Assembly (NCBI RefSeq): GCF_009914755.1
Contig: NC_060927.1
Source: the human T2T-CHM13v2.0 reference genome, Homo sapiens
DNA length: 64,000 nucleotides
Direction: 5' to 3' (one strand)
Below the pieces are notes generated by a model. The model made no database searches. It worked only from the letters and a program-made list of their open reading frames with translations, and was not told the DNA's origin. Made by a program: the position numbers and the translations under genes. This document shows positions 48,610-59,461 of the stretch, piece by piece. How positions within the stretch are numbered: position 1 is the first letter of the stretch; each line of letters starts with the position of its first letter.

Positions 48610-49809
48610 TGAAAGAAGGCACTCTGACTTTTTGAGTTGTCAGAGTTATTGCACTGATTCTTTTTATCTTTGTGGGCTGATGTTTCTTCAGTCTTTGAAG
48701 TTGCTGACCTTTAGATTTTTTTTTTTTACTTTTATCCTAGTTGATGACCTTGAGGGTTTTGATTGCGGTATAAGGTGAATTCAGCCGACTGGCTTAGTTT
48801 GCAGAAGATTTTAGGGGGCTAATGCTCACTCACAACTTCTGGGCTGCATGCTCTAACTCTGGGTGACTTTTGTTGTATCCTGACTTTGCTCTCTGACTCC
48901 CTGAGGTTAGGAATCCACTGTGCTGGTGGGGGTGGGGGCTGAGGTGCTCCTGGAACACAGGTCACTTACACTCCAATTGGAGTGCATTTTGTAGTGTGGT
49001 GGCAGCAGGATCCATGTTTGTTTGCATGTGCTGCCAGCAGCAGCAGTGACAACATGGCAGAGTGCACACTGCTGCATCAGGGTGCTAGTGAATGCCGAGG
49101 TTCTTGCCTTTGTGCAGGCATTCACCACAGTGGAAGAGGCGGTATGGCTGGGGGGAGGTTGGGGGCTTCTGCTGGTGACTGTGCAAATGGTTGTGCTGGT
49201 GGTGGTGTGAGGATGGAGGTGGGGCGCTGTCAGGCGCAGGCCTGTGTGTTATGGGGTAGTCACTCAGAAAGTGGGAGAGTCCGCTCTTCTCTAGGTCTAG
49301 TTTCACTCCTGTGGCAGCGTTGGTGCAAGGGCAGGGCATTGGAAGGGATGGGTCTGCCTTGCTTTGTGCCCTGCAAGGCTCTGACTGCACTGGTGGTTCA
49401 GCTGTGTCTGGTTGGTCATCTTGTCCTCTCTGTTGTCCCGGACAGCAGATGAGACCTAAGGCGCAGCACCTTTCCAGCTAAATGTCAGCACTGCAGAGGC
49501 TTCTCTGCTTCTGTGTTCTGGAAGAGCCACTTGTAGTATTTTTGAGGCACCTCCGTACTGTTCTCCATAGTGGTATACTAGTTTACATCTCCAGCACAGC
49601 ATATAAGGGTTCTGTTTTCTCTGCATCCTTGCCAGCATTTGTTACTTTTGTCTTTTTGATGATAGCCATTTTAACTGGGGGTGAGATGATACCTCATTGT
49701 TGGTTTTGTTTGCAATTCTGTGATGATTAATGATGTTGAGCATTTTTTCATACATTTATTGGCCATTTATATGTCTTTTTTGAGAATGTTCAGATTATTT
49801 GCCCATTTT

Positions 49810-50509
49810 CAATTTTAATTGTTTCAACCTTTAATATGAACATTAATCGTATTTTCAAATCTAATGACGAATTACAGATAGAGAATTTATGAAAATTATG
49901 GGGCACAGCAGTCAGAGAATTAGGCAAAGAATACAAAAAACTGTAACACATATGTAACTCTTCTTGTAATGATGAACAGAGAAAGAATAGCTCATTTTGT
50001 ATTCTGACCACAGTATAAATAAATGCAAAAATATACGGCAGTTAAGCGATAGCTGTTAGGTAGAAAGTATTGATCACAGGTGGAATCTGTTACATGCGAG
50101 GGGGGAAATATATCAAGAGATTTAGTTAACAATGCTGGAAAAACCATGCCAGGCAACCAGATCTTGAGGCAAGAGTCATACTTCACAGAGAAAAAGAGCA
50201 AAATGTAGAGAAAAACCAGGTCTCGCTATGGAATGGTCTGTAGTCTTTTAACCACAGTGCCATAGAAGGAACTTGACCAAGCACTGCCCATGATCTGCAG
50301 AGTTATGTGCATAATACTCAGTTTTCCTGCTAGGGATACCCCAGTTCATGACAATGACAAGAGAATGAGAAAGGCCACCTACAAATGAAATGAGATCATC
50401 CCACCTGCAATGGCAGATATGGTCTTATTAGTGCCATCTCTCAGAAAGAACAGTGTCCTGGGGGAAGCAGATCAGATATTAGGTCAAGCCTGTGTTCTTA
50501 CAGGAGCTC
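49810..50509 (-). pseudogene. Orphan 700-bp retro-insertion of non-repetitive, 3'UTR-like sequence (source gene not recognised)
   Basis: 13-bp TSD ATTTGCCCATTTT at 49797-49809 and 50510-50522 inside L1 ORF2; ATTAAA on the - strand at 49830-49835 and 49814-49819. Confidence 0.65.
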
Positions 50510-52994
50510 ATTTGCCCATTTTGTAATTGGATTTTTTTTTTTTATTTTGCTTTTGAGATGTTTGAGTTTCTTGTATATTTTGGTTATTAAGTCTCCTGTC
50601 AGATGAGTGGTTTCAGAATATTTTCTCCCATTCTGTAGGTTGTCTTTTCACTTTATTATTTCCTTTGCTGTGCAGAGCTTTTTCATTTTATATAATCCAG
50701 TTTGTTTATTTTTGCTTGTGTTGCTTTGAGGTCTTATTTATAAAATCTTTGTGTAGACCAATGTCCTGAAGCATTTCTCCTGTTTACTTATAGTAGTTTT
50801 ATAGTTTTGGGTTTTACATTTAGGTTTTTGATTTACTTTCAGTTGATTTTTGTATAGAGTGAGAGGTAGAAGTCTAGTTTCATTGTTCTGCATATGGATA
50901 TCCAGTTTTTTCAGCATAATTTATTGAAAAAATGGTCCTTTTGCCAATGAATGTTCTTGGTACTTTTATCAAAAACTAATTGGCTATAGATATGTGCATT
51001 AATTTCTGGGTTGTCTATACTGTTTTAGTGGTCTGTGTGTCTGTTTTTATGCCAGTATCATGCTGTTTTGGTTACTATTGCTTTGTAGTATGTTTTGAGG
51101 TGTAGTAGTATGAGCTTTGCTCTTTTTGCCCAAGATTGCTTTGAGTATTTGGGATCTTTTCTGGTTCCATGCCAATTTTAGGATATTCCCCCTTATTTCT
51201 GTTAAGAATGTCATTGGTATTTTGTTAGGGATTGCATCGAATCTGTAGATTGCTTAGGGTAGTATGGCCATTTCAACAATATTAATTTTTCTGATTCATG
51301 AACTTGGCCTTTCTTTCCATTTCTTTGGGTCCTCTTCGATTTCTTTTATCAGTGTTTTGTAGTTTTCCTTGTAGAGATCTTTCACCTCCTTGGTTAGATT
51401 TATTCTTAGGTATTTTTTTTTGTAGCAATTGTAAATAGGATTGCCTTCTTCATTTTTTTGGCTCCTCCATTGTTCCTGTATAGAAGTGATACTGATTTTT
51501 GTTCATTAATTTTATATCATGCAAGTTTACTGAATTAGTTTATCAGTTCTAAGAGTATTTTGGTAGAGTCTTTAGGTTTTTGTATATATAAGATCATGTC
51601 ATCTGCAAACAGGGACAGTTTGGCTTTCTGCTTTCCAGTTTTGATGCCTCTTATTTATTTTTCTTGCCTGATTGCTCTGGCTAGGACATCTAGTGCTATG
51701 TTGAATAAGAGTGGAGATCCTTGTCTTGTTCCAGTTCTTAGAGGAAAAGCTTTCAGTTTTTTCCCCATTCCAGAAGATGCTAGCTGTGGGTTTGTTATAT
51801 ATGGCCTTTGTATATTGAGATGCTTTTTTTCTACACATAATTTATTAAGTGTTTTCATCATGAAGGGATGTTGAATTTCATTAAGAGCTTTCTCTGAGTC
51901 TACTGAGGTGTTACGGTTTTTGTCCTTCATTTTATTGATATGATGTATGATGTTTGTTTATTTGCATGTGTTGAATTATTCTTATATTCCTGGGATTTAT
52001 CCCACTTGGTTATGGTTATCTTTTTGATATGTTGTTGGCTTTGGTTTGCTAGTATTTTGTCGAGGACTTTTGTGTCTGTGTTCATCAGGGATATTGGCAT
52101 GTAGTTTTCTTTTCTGATTGTGTCTTTATGTGGTTTTGCTATCAAGGTAATGCTGGACTTGTAGAATGAATTAGTGAGAATTCCCTGCTTCAACATTTTG
52201 AAGTAGTTTGAGAAGACTTGGTATTAATTCTTCTTTAAAAGAATGATAGAATTCTTTGGTGAAGCCATTATTTTTGGACTTTTCTTTGTTGAAAGACCTT
52301 TTATTACTGAGTTGTCTCATTACTTGTTATTGGTCTGTTCAGATTTTCTTTCTTCTTAGTTTACTTTTGGTATGTTGTAGGTGTCCAGGAATTTATCTGT
52401 TCTAGGTTTTTAAATTTATTGACATATTTCATAGTAATCACCAATGAGCCTTTGTATTTCCATGGCTCCTGTTGTGCTGTCTCATTTTTCACTTCTGATT
52501 TTATTTGGATCTTCTCTTTTTTCTTAGTCTAGCTAATGGTTTACCAATTTTATTTATTTTCAAAAAAAACAACTTTTAGTTTTGTTGATCTTTTGTTTTT
52601 AGTCTCAATTTTGTTTATTTCTGTTCTGGTCATTATTATTTCTTTACTTCTGCTAACTTTTTGTTTTGGTTTCTTCTTGCTTTTCTAGTTCCTTGAGGTG
52701 CACCATTAGGTTATATGAAATCTTTCTAGTTTTTTTAATTTCAGCATATATTTCCCTGAAGTTTCCTCTTAATACTGCTTTTGCTGTGTTCCCTAGCTTT
52801 TGGGATCTTACGATTCTATTTTCATTTCAAGAAATTTTGAAATTCATTCTTAATTTCTTCTTCCATCCATTGGTCATTCAGGAGCATGTTGTTTAGTTTC
52901 CATGCATTTATATAGTTTCAGATGTTCCTTTTCTTATTGATATCTAGTTTTATTCCATTTTGGTCTGAGAAGATACTTGGTATGATTTTGATCT

Positions 52995-53529
52995 TGTTAT
53001 AAATAAAGTTTCAGTGTCGTAAAAGAAATAGTGCTTGAATATAAAATTTTCTGTTTTTTTTCTTCTCAGCGAGGCAATTTACTTCTATAGAAGGGTGCAC
53101 CCTCACAGATGGAGCAATGGTGAGCACACACCTGGACAAGGGAGGGGAAGGGGTTCTGATTCCTGACACATGTGGCCCCTGCTGCTTGTTATTCCTCCTA
53201 TTAGCTAGGGTTAGGCCGCACAGGCTAAACTAATTCTGATTGGCTAATTTAAAGAGAGTGACCTGGTGAGTGGTTTGGCAGGAAAAATGGTTATGGCAGA
53301 GCAGGTAATTGGAATGAGTTAGGGTGCAGCAGGTAATTGGAATGAGTCAGGGTGGAGCAGATAATTGGAATGAGTCAGGGTGGAGCAGGTAATTGGAAGG
53401 AGTCAGGGTGGAGCAGGTGATTGAAAAAGGTTGCTTTATGAGGAAGTTAAGTTTAAAAGTAGAAGGCAAAGAATTGAACATACTGACATATTGATACTTT
53501 GAAGAGAAATTTAGAACTCATATCTAACA
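52995..53529 (-). mobile_element. Solo ERV1 LTR, LTR10 family (LTR10F/A-like), with a 28-bp VNTR
   Basis: TG...CA termini (- strand starts TGTTAGATATGAGTTCTAAATTTC), 4-bp TSD ATCT, about 4.5 copies of a 28-bp unit at 53299-53426. Confidence 0.8.
53299..53426. promoter_or_regulatory. Tandem AP-1 motif array within the LTR10 VNTR
   Basis: Unit gagcaggtaattggaaTGAGTCAgggtg. Perfect TGAGTCA at 53343-53349 and 53371-53377; two other units carry single-mismatch versions. Activity is not shown by the sequence. Confidence 0.55.
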
Positions 53530-54981
53530 ATCTTAAAGTTTTTTTTGAGACTTGTTTTGTGTCCTAACATATAGTTAATCCTGGAGAATGTTCAATGGGC
53601 TGATGAGGAGAATGTGTATTCTATAGCTGTTGGGTGAAATGTTCTACAAATATCTGTTACATCCATTTGGTCTGTGGTGCAGTTTAAATCTGATGTCCCA
53701 TTGTTGGCTTTCTGTCAAGATGATCTGTCCATTGCTGAGAGTGGAGTGTTGAAGTCCACAGCTATTATTGTGTTTGGATCTATTTCTTCATTTGGGTCTA
53801 ATAGTATTTGTTTTATATGTCTGGGTGTTCTGATGTTGGGTGCATATATATTTATAATTGTTATATTCTCTTGCTAACTTGATTGCTTTATTACTGTGTT
53901 GCCTTGTCTCTTTTTACAGCTTTTAACTACAGGTCTTTTTCGTCCAATATAAGTATAGCTATTCATGCTCACTTTTGGTTTTCTTTTGCATGGAATATCT
54001 TTTTTATTCCTTCAGTTACAGTTTATGTGTGTCTTTATAGGTGAGGTGAGTTGCTTGTAGGCAGTATATCATAGGGTCTTTCTTTTTTATCCATTCAACC
54101 TATCTATGTCTTCTAAATGTATATTTAATCCATTTATATTCAAGATTATTATTGATAGGGATTTACTCCTATTATTTTACTGTTTTCTGATTGTTTTGTA
54201 TATTCTTTGTTTCTTACTTCCTCCCATTATTTTTACAGTTGAGTGGTGTTTTACATTGATAAGGTTTTATTTGTTTTTCTCTCTTGTTTGTGTATGAGTC
54301 CTACCAATGAGTTTTATTGTTCCGTATGTTTTATCGATGGTGGTTATCATCTTTTTTACTTCCAGATATAAGACTCTCTTGAGTATTTCTTGCAAGATCA
54401 GTTTAGTGGTGATGAGTTTTCTTAGTTTTTCTTGTCTGTGAAAGATTTTATTTATTCTTCATTTTTAATGTGTAGGTTTGCTGGGTATAATATTCCTCAT
54501 TGCCATTTTTAATTTTTATTTTTTCTTTCAGTACTTTGAATATATCATCCCACTCTCTATTGGCCTGTAAGTTTTCTCCTGAGAAATTTACTGTTAGTCT
54601 AGTGGAGTTTCCTTTGTATGTGACTTGACACTTCTCTCTTGCTGCTTTTAAAATTATTTCTTTGTCTTTGACTTTTGAAAATTTGATATATAATATATGT
54701 CTCTCAGTGAGGACCTGTTTGGGTTGAATCTGTTGGGGTTCTTTGAGCTTCCTGGTTCTGGATGTCCATATCTCTCCCAATGCTTAGGGGAATTTTCTTC
54801 TATTATTTCATTAAACATGTTTTCCCCACCTTTCCCTTCTCTTCTCCTTCTGGAACATCTGTAATACTTTATTCACATGATGGTGTTTCATAAATCCTGC
54901 AGGCTTTCTTCATTTTTATAATTTAGTTTTTGTCTGCCTATGTTATTTCAAAAGACCTGTCTTGAAGTACAGAAATTCTTT

Positions 54982-56692
54982 TTTTTTTAAGATTTTATGT
55001 ATTTATGTATTTATTTATTTATTTATTTATTTATTTTAGTATTTATTGATCATTCTTGGGTGTTTCTCGGAGACGGGGATTTGGCAGGGTCGTAGGACAA
55101 TAGTGGAGGGAAGGTCAGCAGATAAACATGTGAACAAGGGTCTCTGGTTTTCCTAGGCAGAGGACCCTGCAGCCTTCTGCAGTGTTTGTGTCCCTGGGTA
55201 CTTGAGATTAGGGAGTGGTGATGACTCTTAACGAGCATGCTGCCTTCAAGCATCTGTTTAACAAAGCACATCTTGGACCGCCCTTAATCCATTTAACCCT
55301 GAGTGGACACAGCACATGTTTCAGAGAGCACGGGGTTGGGGGTAAGGCCATAGATTAACAGCATCCCAAGGCAGAAGAATTTTTCTTAGTACAGAACAAA
55401 ATGGAGTCTCCCATGTCTACTTCTTTCTACACAGACACAGCAACAATCTGATTTCTCTTTCCTTTCCCCACACTTCCCCCCCTTCCACTCAACAAAACTG
55501 CCATCGTCATCATGGCCTGTTCTCAATGAGCTGCTGGGTACACCTCCCAGACAGCGTGGCTGGGCAGAGGTGCCCCCCACCTCCCAGATGGGGCGGCTAC
55601 CAGGCGGGGGCTGCCCCCCACCTCCCTCCCAGATGGGGCGGCTGGCCGGGCGGGGGCTGCCCCCCACCTCCCTCCTGGACAGGGCGGCTGGCTGGGCGGG
55701 GGCTGCCCCCCACCTCCCTCCTGGAAGGGGCAGCTGGCCGGGTTGGGGCTGCCCCCCACCTCCATCCTGGACGGGGCGGCTGGCCGGGCGGGGGCTGTCC
55801 CCCACCTCCTGGAGGGGGCGGCTGCCGGGTGGAGACGCTCCTCACTTCCCAGATGGGGCGGCTGCCGGGCAGAGGGGCTCCTCACTTCTCAGACAGGGCG
55901 GCCGGGCAGAGACACTCCTCACCTCCCAGACGGGGTGGTGGTCGGGCAGAGACACTCCTTAGTTCCCAGACGGGGTCGCGGCCGGGCAGAGGCGCTCCTT
56001 ACATCTCAGACGGGGCGGCGGGGCAGAGGCGCTCCCCACATCTCAGATGATGGGGGGCGGGGTAGAGGCACTCCCCACATCTCAGATGATGGGCGGCCGG
56101 GCAGAGACGCTCCTCACTTCCTAGATAGGATGGCGGCCGGGAAGAGGCGCTCCTCACTTCCCAGACTGGGCGGCCAGGCAGAGGGGCTCCTCACATCCCA
56201 GACGATGGGTGGCCAGGCAGAGACGCTCCTTGCTTCCCAGACGGGGTGGCGGCTGGGCAGAGGCTGCAATCTCGGCACTTTGGGAGGCCAAGGCGGGCGG
56301 CTGGGAGGTGGAGGTTGTAGCGAGCCGAGATCACGTCACTGCACTCCAGCCTGGGCAACATTGAGCACTGAGTGAGCAAGACTCCGTCTGCAATCCCGGT
56401 ACCTTGGGAGGCTGAGGCTGGCGGATCACTCACGTTTAGGAGCTGGAGACCAGCCCGGCTAACACGGCGAAACCCCATCTCCACCAAAAATATACGAAAA
56501 CCAGTCAGGCGTGGCGGCTGGCGCCTGCAATCCCAGGCACTCGGCAGGCTGAAGCAGGAGAATCAGGCAGGGAGGTTGTAGTGAGCCAAGATGGCGGCAC
56601 TATAGTCCAGCCTCCGCTTGGCATCAGAGGGAGACCGTGGAGAGAGAGGGAGAGAGAGACCGTGGGGAGAGGGAGAGGGGGAGGGGGAGGGG
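54982..56692 (-). mobile_element. Full-length SVA retrotransposon (older, SVA_B/C-like)
   Basis: On the - strand: short CCCTCT-like hexamers (56640-56692), Alu-like region, GC-rich VNTR (~55540-56260), SINE-R (~55050-55540), A-rich tail. TSD AGAAATTCTTT at 54971-54981 and 56693-56703. Confidence 0.95.
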
Positions 56693-57239
56693 AGAAATTC
56701 TTTCTTCTGCTTAGTCTAGTCTGTTCTAGAAGCTCTTGATTTTATTTTTTTAGTCATTGAATTCTTCAGCTGTAGGATTTTTGTTTGGCTTATCTATCTT
56801 TTTTGAATTTCTTATTCAAATCATGCGTTGATTTCCCCAATTTTGTTGAATCATCGGTCTTCTCTTGTATGGCACTGAGTTTCCTTAAGATTAACATTTA
56901 ATTCTTTTTCTGGCATTTCACATATTTTCTTATGATTGAGATCTGTTACTGGATAATCGTTTTTCTTTGTAGGTGACGTGTTTTCTTGCTTTTTCTTGGT
57001 TGATATGTCCCTATATTGATTTGTATCCATCTAGTGGAAAAGTCGCCTCTTCCAATTTTATGGTGTAGGTTTCTTAGGGAAATTCTTATTTGCATGAGTC
57101 TTGGGGTGTTGGTTTGGTGGAGTGTGTTGACCTAGTTTCCATGTAGTTTTTTCAGCTGTAACCCATAGTAGTGGAATTTGCATGTTTCTGAGTGGCCTAG
57201 GCTGAGAGAGTTTGTGGTGATGATGGTACAGGTTTTCCA

Positions 57240-58300
57240 GGGGTGGGCTTGCTGGGGCTGTTTCTCTGGGTGGGGACATGTGTGTGCACACAGTAGATCA
57301 GCCAACTTGGGGTATGGTCAGCTGGGGTTGGGGCCATGAGCCATTCCTCTGGCTTTGAACATAGGTATACAGTTGCTTGGCTGGTCGGTGGACATACCTT
57401 CCAGGAATGGCTTGTGGGGCTGTTTCTTAGGCCCAGGATGCAGGCACACCGCTGCTTAGCTGACCTGGGGACATGTCTGCCAGGGTTGGCCTGCAGGGCC
57501 ATTTCTCAGGCTCTGGATGTGGACACAAGACTTCTTGACTGACCTGTGGGCTTGTCTATCAGGTGCAGCCCACAGGGCCTGTTTCTCCAGCTTAGGATAC
57601 AAGGCTACTCATCTGATCTGGATTTTGCCCACCATGGACAGCCCATGGAGCTATTTCTTTGGCCTCGTATGTGGGTGAGTGGCTGCTCAGCTTTCCTGGG
57701 TGCATGTCTGCTGGAGGTGGTTTACTGGGTTTCTCTGGCTTATGTTGTGGATGTGCACCTGCTTGGCTGGCCTGGGTCTGGGTCTGTCATTGGCAACCTG
57801 TAGGGCTGTTTCTGAGGCCTGGTATGTGCAAGGCTGCTTGCCTGGCCTGGGGGAATATGTCAGGAGCTGGGGGGCAGACTTAGAGCTGTTTCTCAAGCCT
57901 GTGACATGGCTGCAGCTGCTCAGCTGGCCTGGGGGTGCTTCTGTAGAGGGTGGCCCACAGGGCTGTTTCATAGACCTGAGATGCAGACACAGGATTGCTT
58001 AGTTGGCCTGGGAGCATGCCTGCTAGAAGTGGCCCATAGGGCTGTTTCTTGAGGCTGGGATGTGGAAATACAACTGCCCAGCAGGCCTGGGGGTGTGGTG
58101 TGTCTGCCAGGGGTGGCTCATGAGGCTGTTTCTCAGGTCTGGGATGCAGGTGTAAGGCTGCTCAGTCAGCTCAGGGGTGTGCTTACTGGGTGTGGCTTGC
58201 AGGGCTATTTTCACATCCAAGAGTTGAGCTCTTTGCTGCCTGGCTGACCTGGGGGCACACCTGTGAGGGCGGCCTGTGGGACTTTTCTCAAGTCCTTATT
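57240..58300. repeat. Degenerate ~78-bp tandem repeat in the old L1 5'UTR
   Basis: gggctgtttct-like motif recurs at about 57254, 57417, 57496, 57575, 57648, 57727, 57803, 57883, 57960, 58039, 58123, 58202 and 58278. Confidence 0.7.
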
Positions 58301-59269
58301 GGGAGCATAGGACCTTTGGGTAGGCCAGGGGCATGTCTGTGGTGGGTGGGAATGCTGTGGCCATGTAGCCAGGCCACTGGCCCCAGGGAATATTGGCTCC
58401 TTGTAGGCTCAGGGACCTCTTCTGCTTGGGGGAGGGTGGGTAAGGACATGGCTGGCTCTCAAGGGCATGTTCACCCTGGGTGGGAATGGAAGACTGTTCT
58501 TCTGGCTGAAAGTGTAGCAGCGGGGGTTGGTTTCCCTGCTGTGCAGGACTGGAGTCACAGGCAATCTTGAGCCCAAGCTTTGTGCATCTGGGGTTATGGC
58601 ATTTAGCCATCTGTGGGTGCTTGGCATAATGAAGATGGAGCCCCATTGGTGGAGAAGTGCAGTGGCTACTGTACCCAAGAGGAGGGAGCATTCCAGAGGT
58701 GGCTCTAGTCTCAAGATGGTGTCTTGCTGCAATAGCTTGGCTCACAAGGGGTGGGTTAGCGCACGTTGTGTTCCCAACCTGGAGCAGTGCAGTTGCATGA
58801 ATTTCTGGTGGCTTTCCAAACTGGACTCAGGGGGTGTAAGGACTGTAGGCCTTTGCAGTGGTGGTAGGGGATGGTGGGGATCTTCTGCTTACTTTTCCCT
58901 TACAATGGGAAGTCCCTCCTGTCTCTGGGCCCCAGTCTGATCTGGTTTGGCGAGACGGTGCTGCAGAGGTCAGATGCCTTTACACTGCATTCTTCGGAAT
59001 CCAGTCACCACAGATGCATCTCCACTCCCCTGTGGCATTCCACTTTTCTTTCTTCAACACTTCAGTCAAATCTTAGCTATTTATTTTTTACCTTTGTTGG
59101 TTCTTGTGGAGGAGACAAGCACCAGGTGTTTCTAGTCAGCCATCTTGCTCTGCCACGCTCTTTTTTTTTTTTTTTTTTTTTTTTTGGAGACAGGATCTTG
59201 TTCTGTCACCCAGGCCAGAGTGCAGTGGTACAATTATAGCTCACTGCAACTTTGAACTCCTGGGCTCAA

Positions 59270-59461
59270 TCTTTTAACAACCAGCTATCCCAGGAACTAA
59301 CAGAGTGAGAACTCACTAACCTTCCCTCTCCTGAAGGGCGTTAATCTCTTCATAAGAGAACAGCCCTCATGACCCAGACACCTCCCATTGTGGCCCACTT
59401 CCAACATCGGGGATCAAATTTCAGCATGATGTGTGGGAGTACAAATATTCAAACTACAGCA
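59270..59461 (+). mobile_element. MST (MSTB-like) MaLR LTR, 3' half
   Basis: ttttaacaaccagct..gagtgagaactcact..atcaaatttcagcatg..caaactacagca continues the element interrupted at 32498. Confidence 0.8.

Noticed and set aside
48900-49530. GC-richer segment with 100-156 aa ORFs (similar ones at 57000-59150)
   Set aside because: These are L1 5'UTRs, bounded by the elements' TSDs.
53299-53426. CRISPR-like array
   Set aside because: Head-to-tail 28-bp repeats without spacers, inside an LTR in primate DNA.
55386-56487. Overlapping 80-210 aa Pro/Gly/Arg-rich ORFs
   Set aside because: Stop-poor reading frames of the SVA VNTR.
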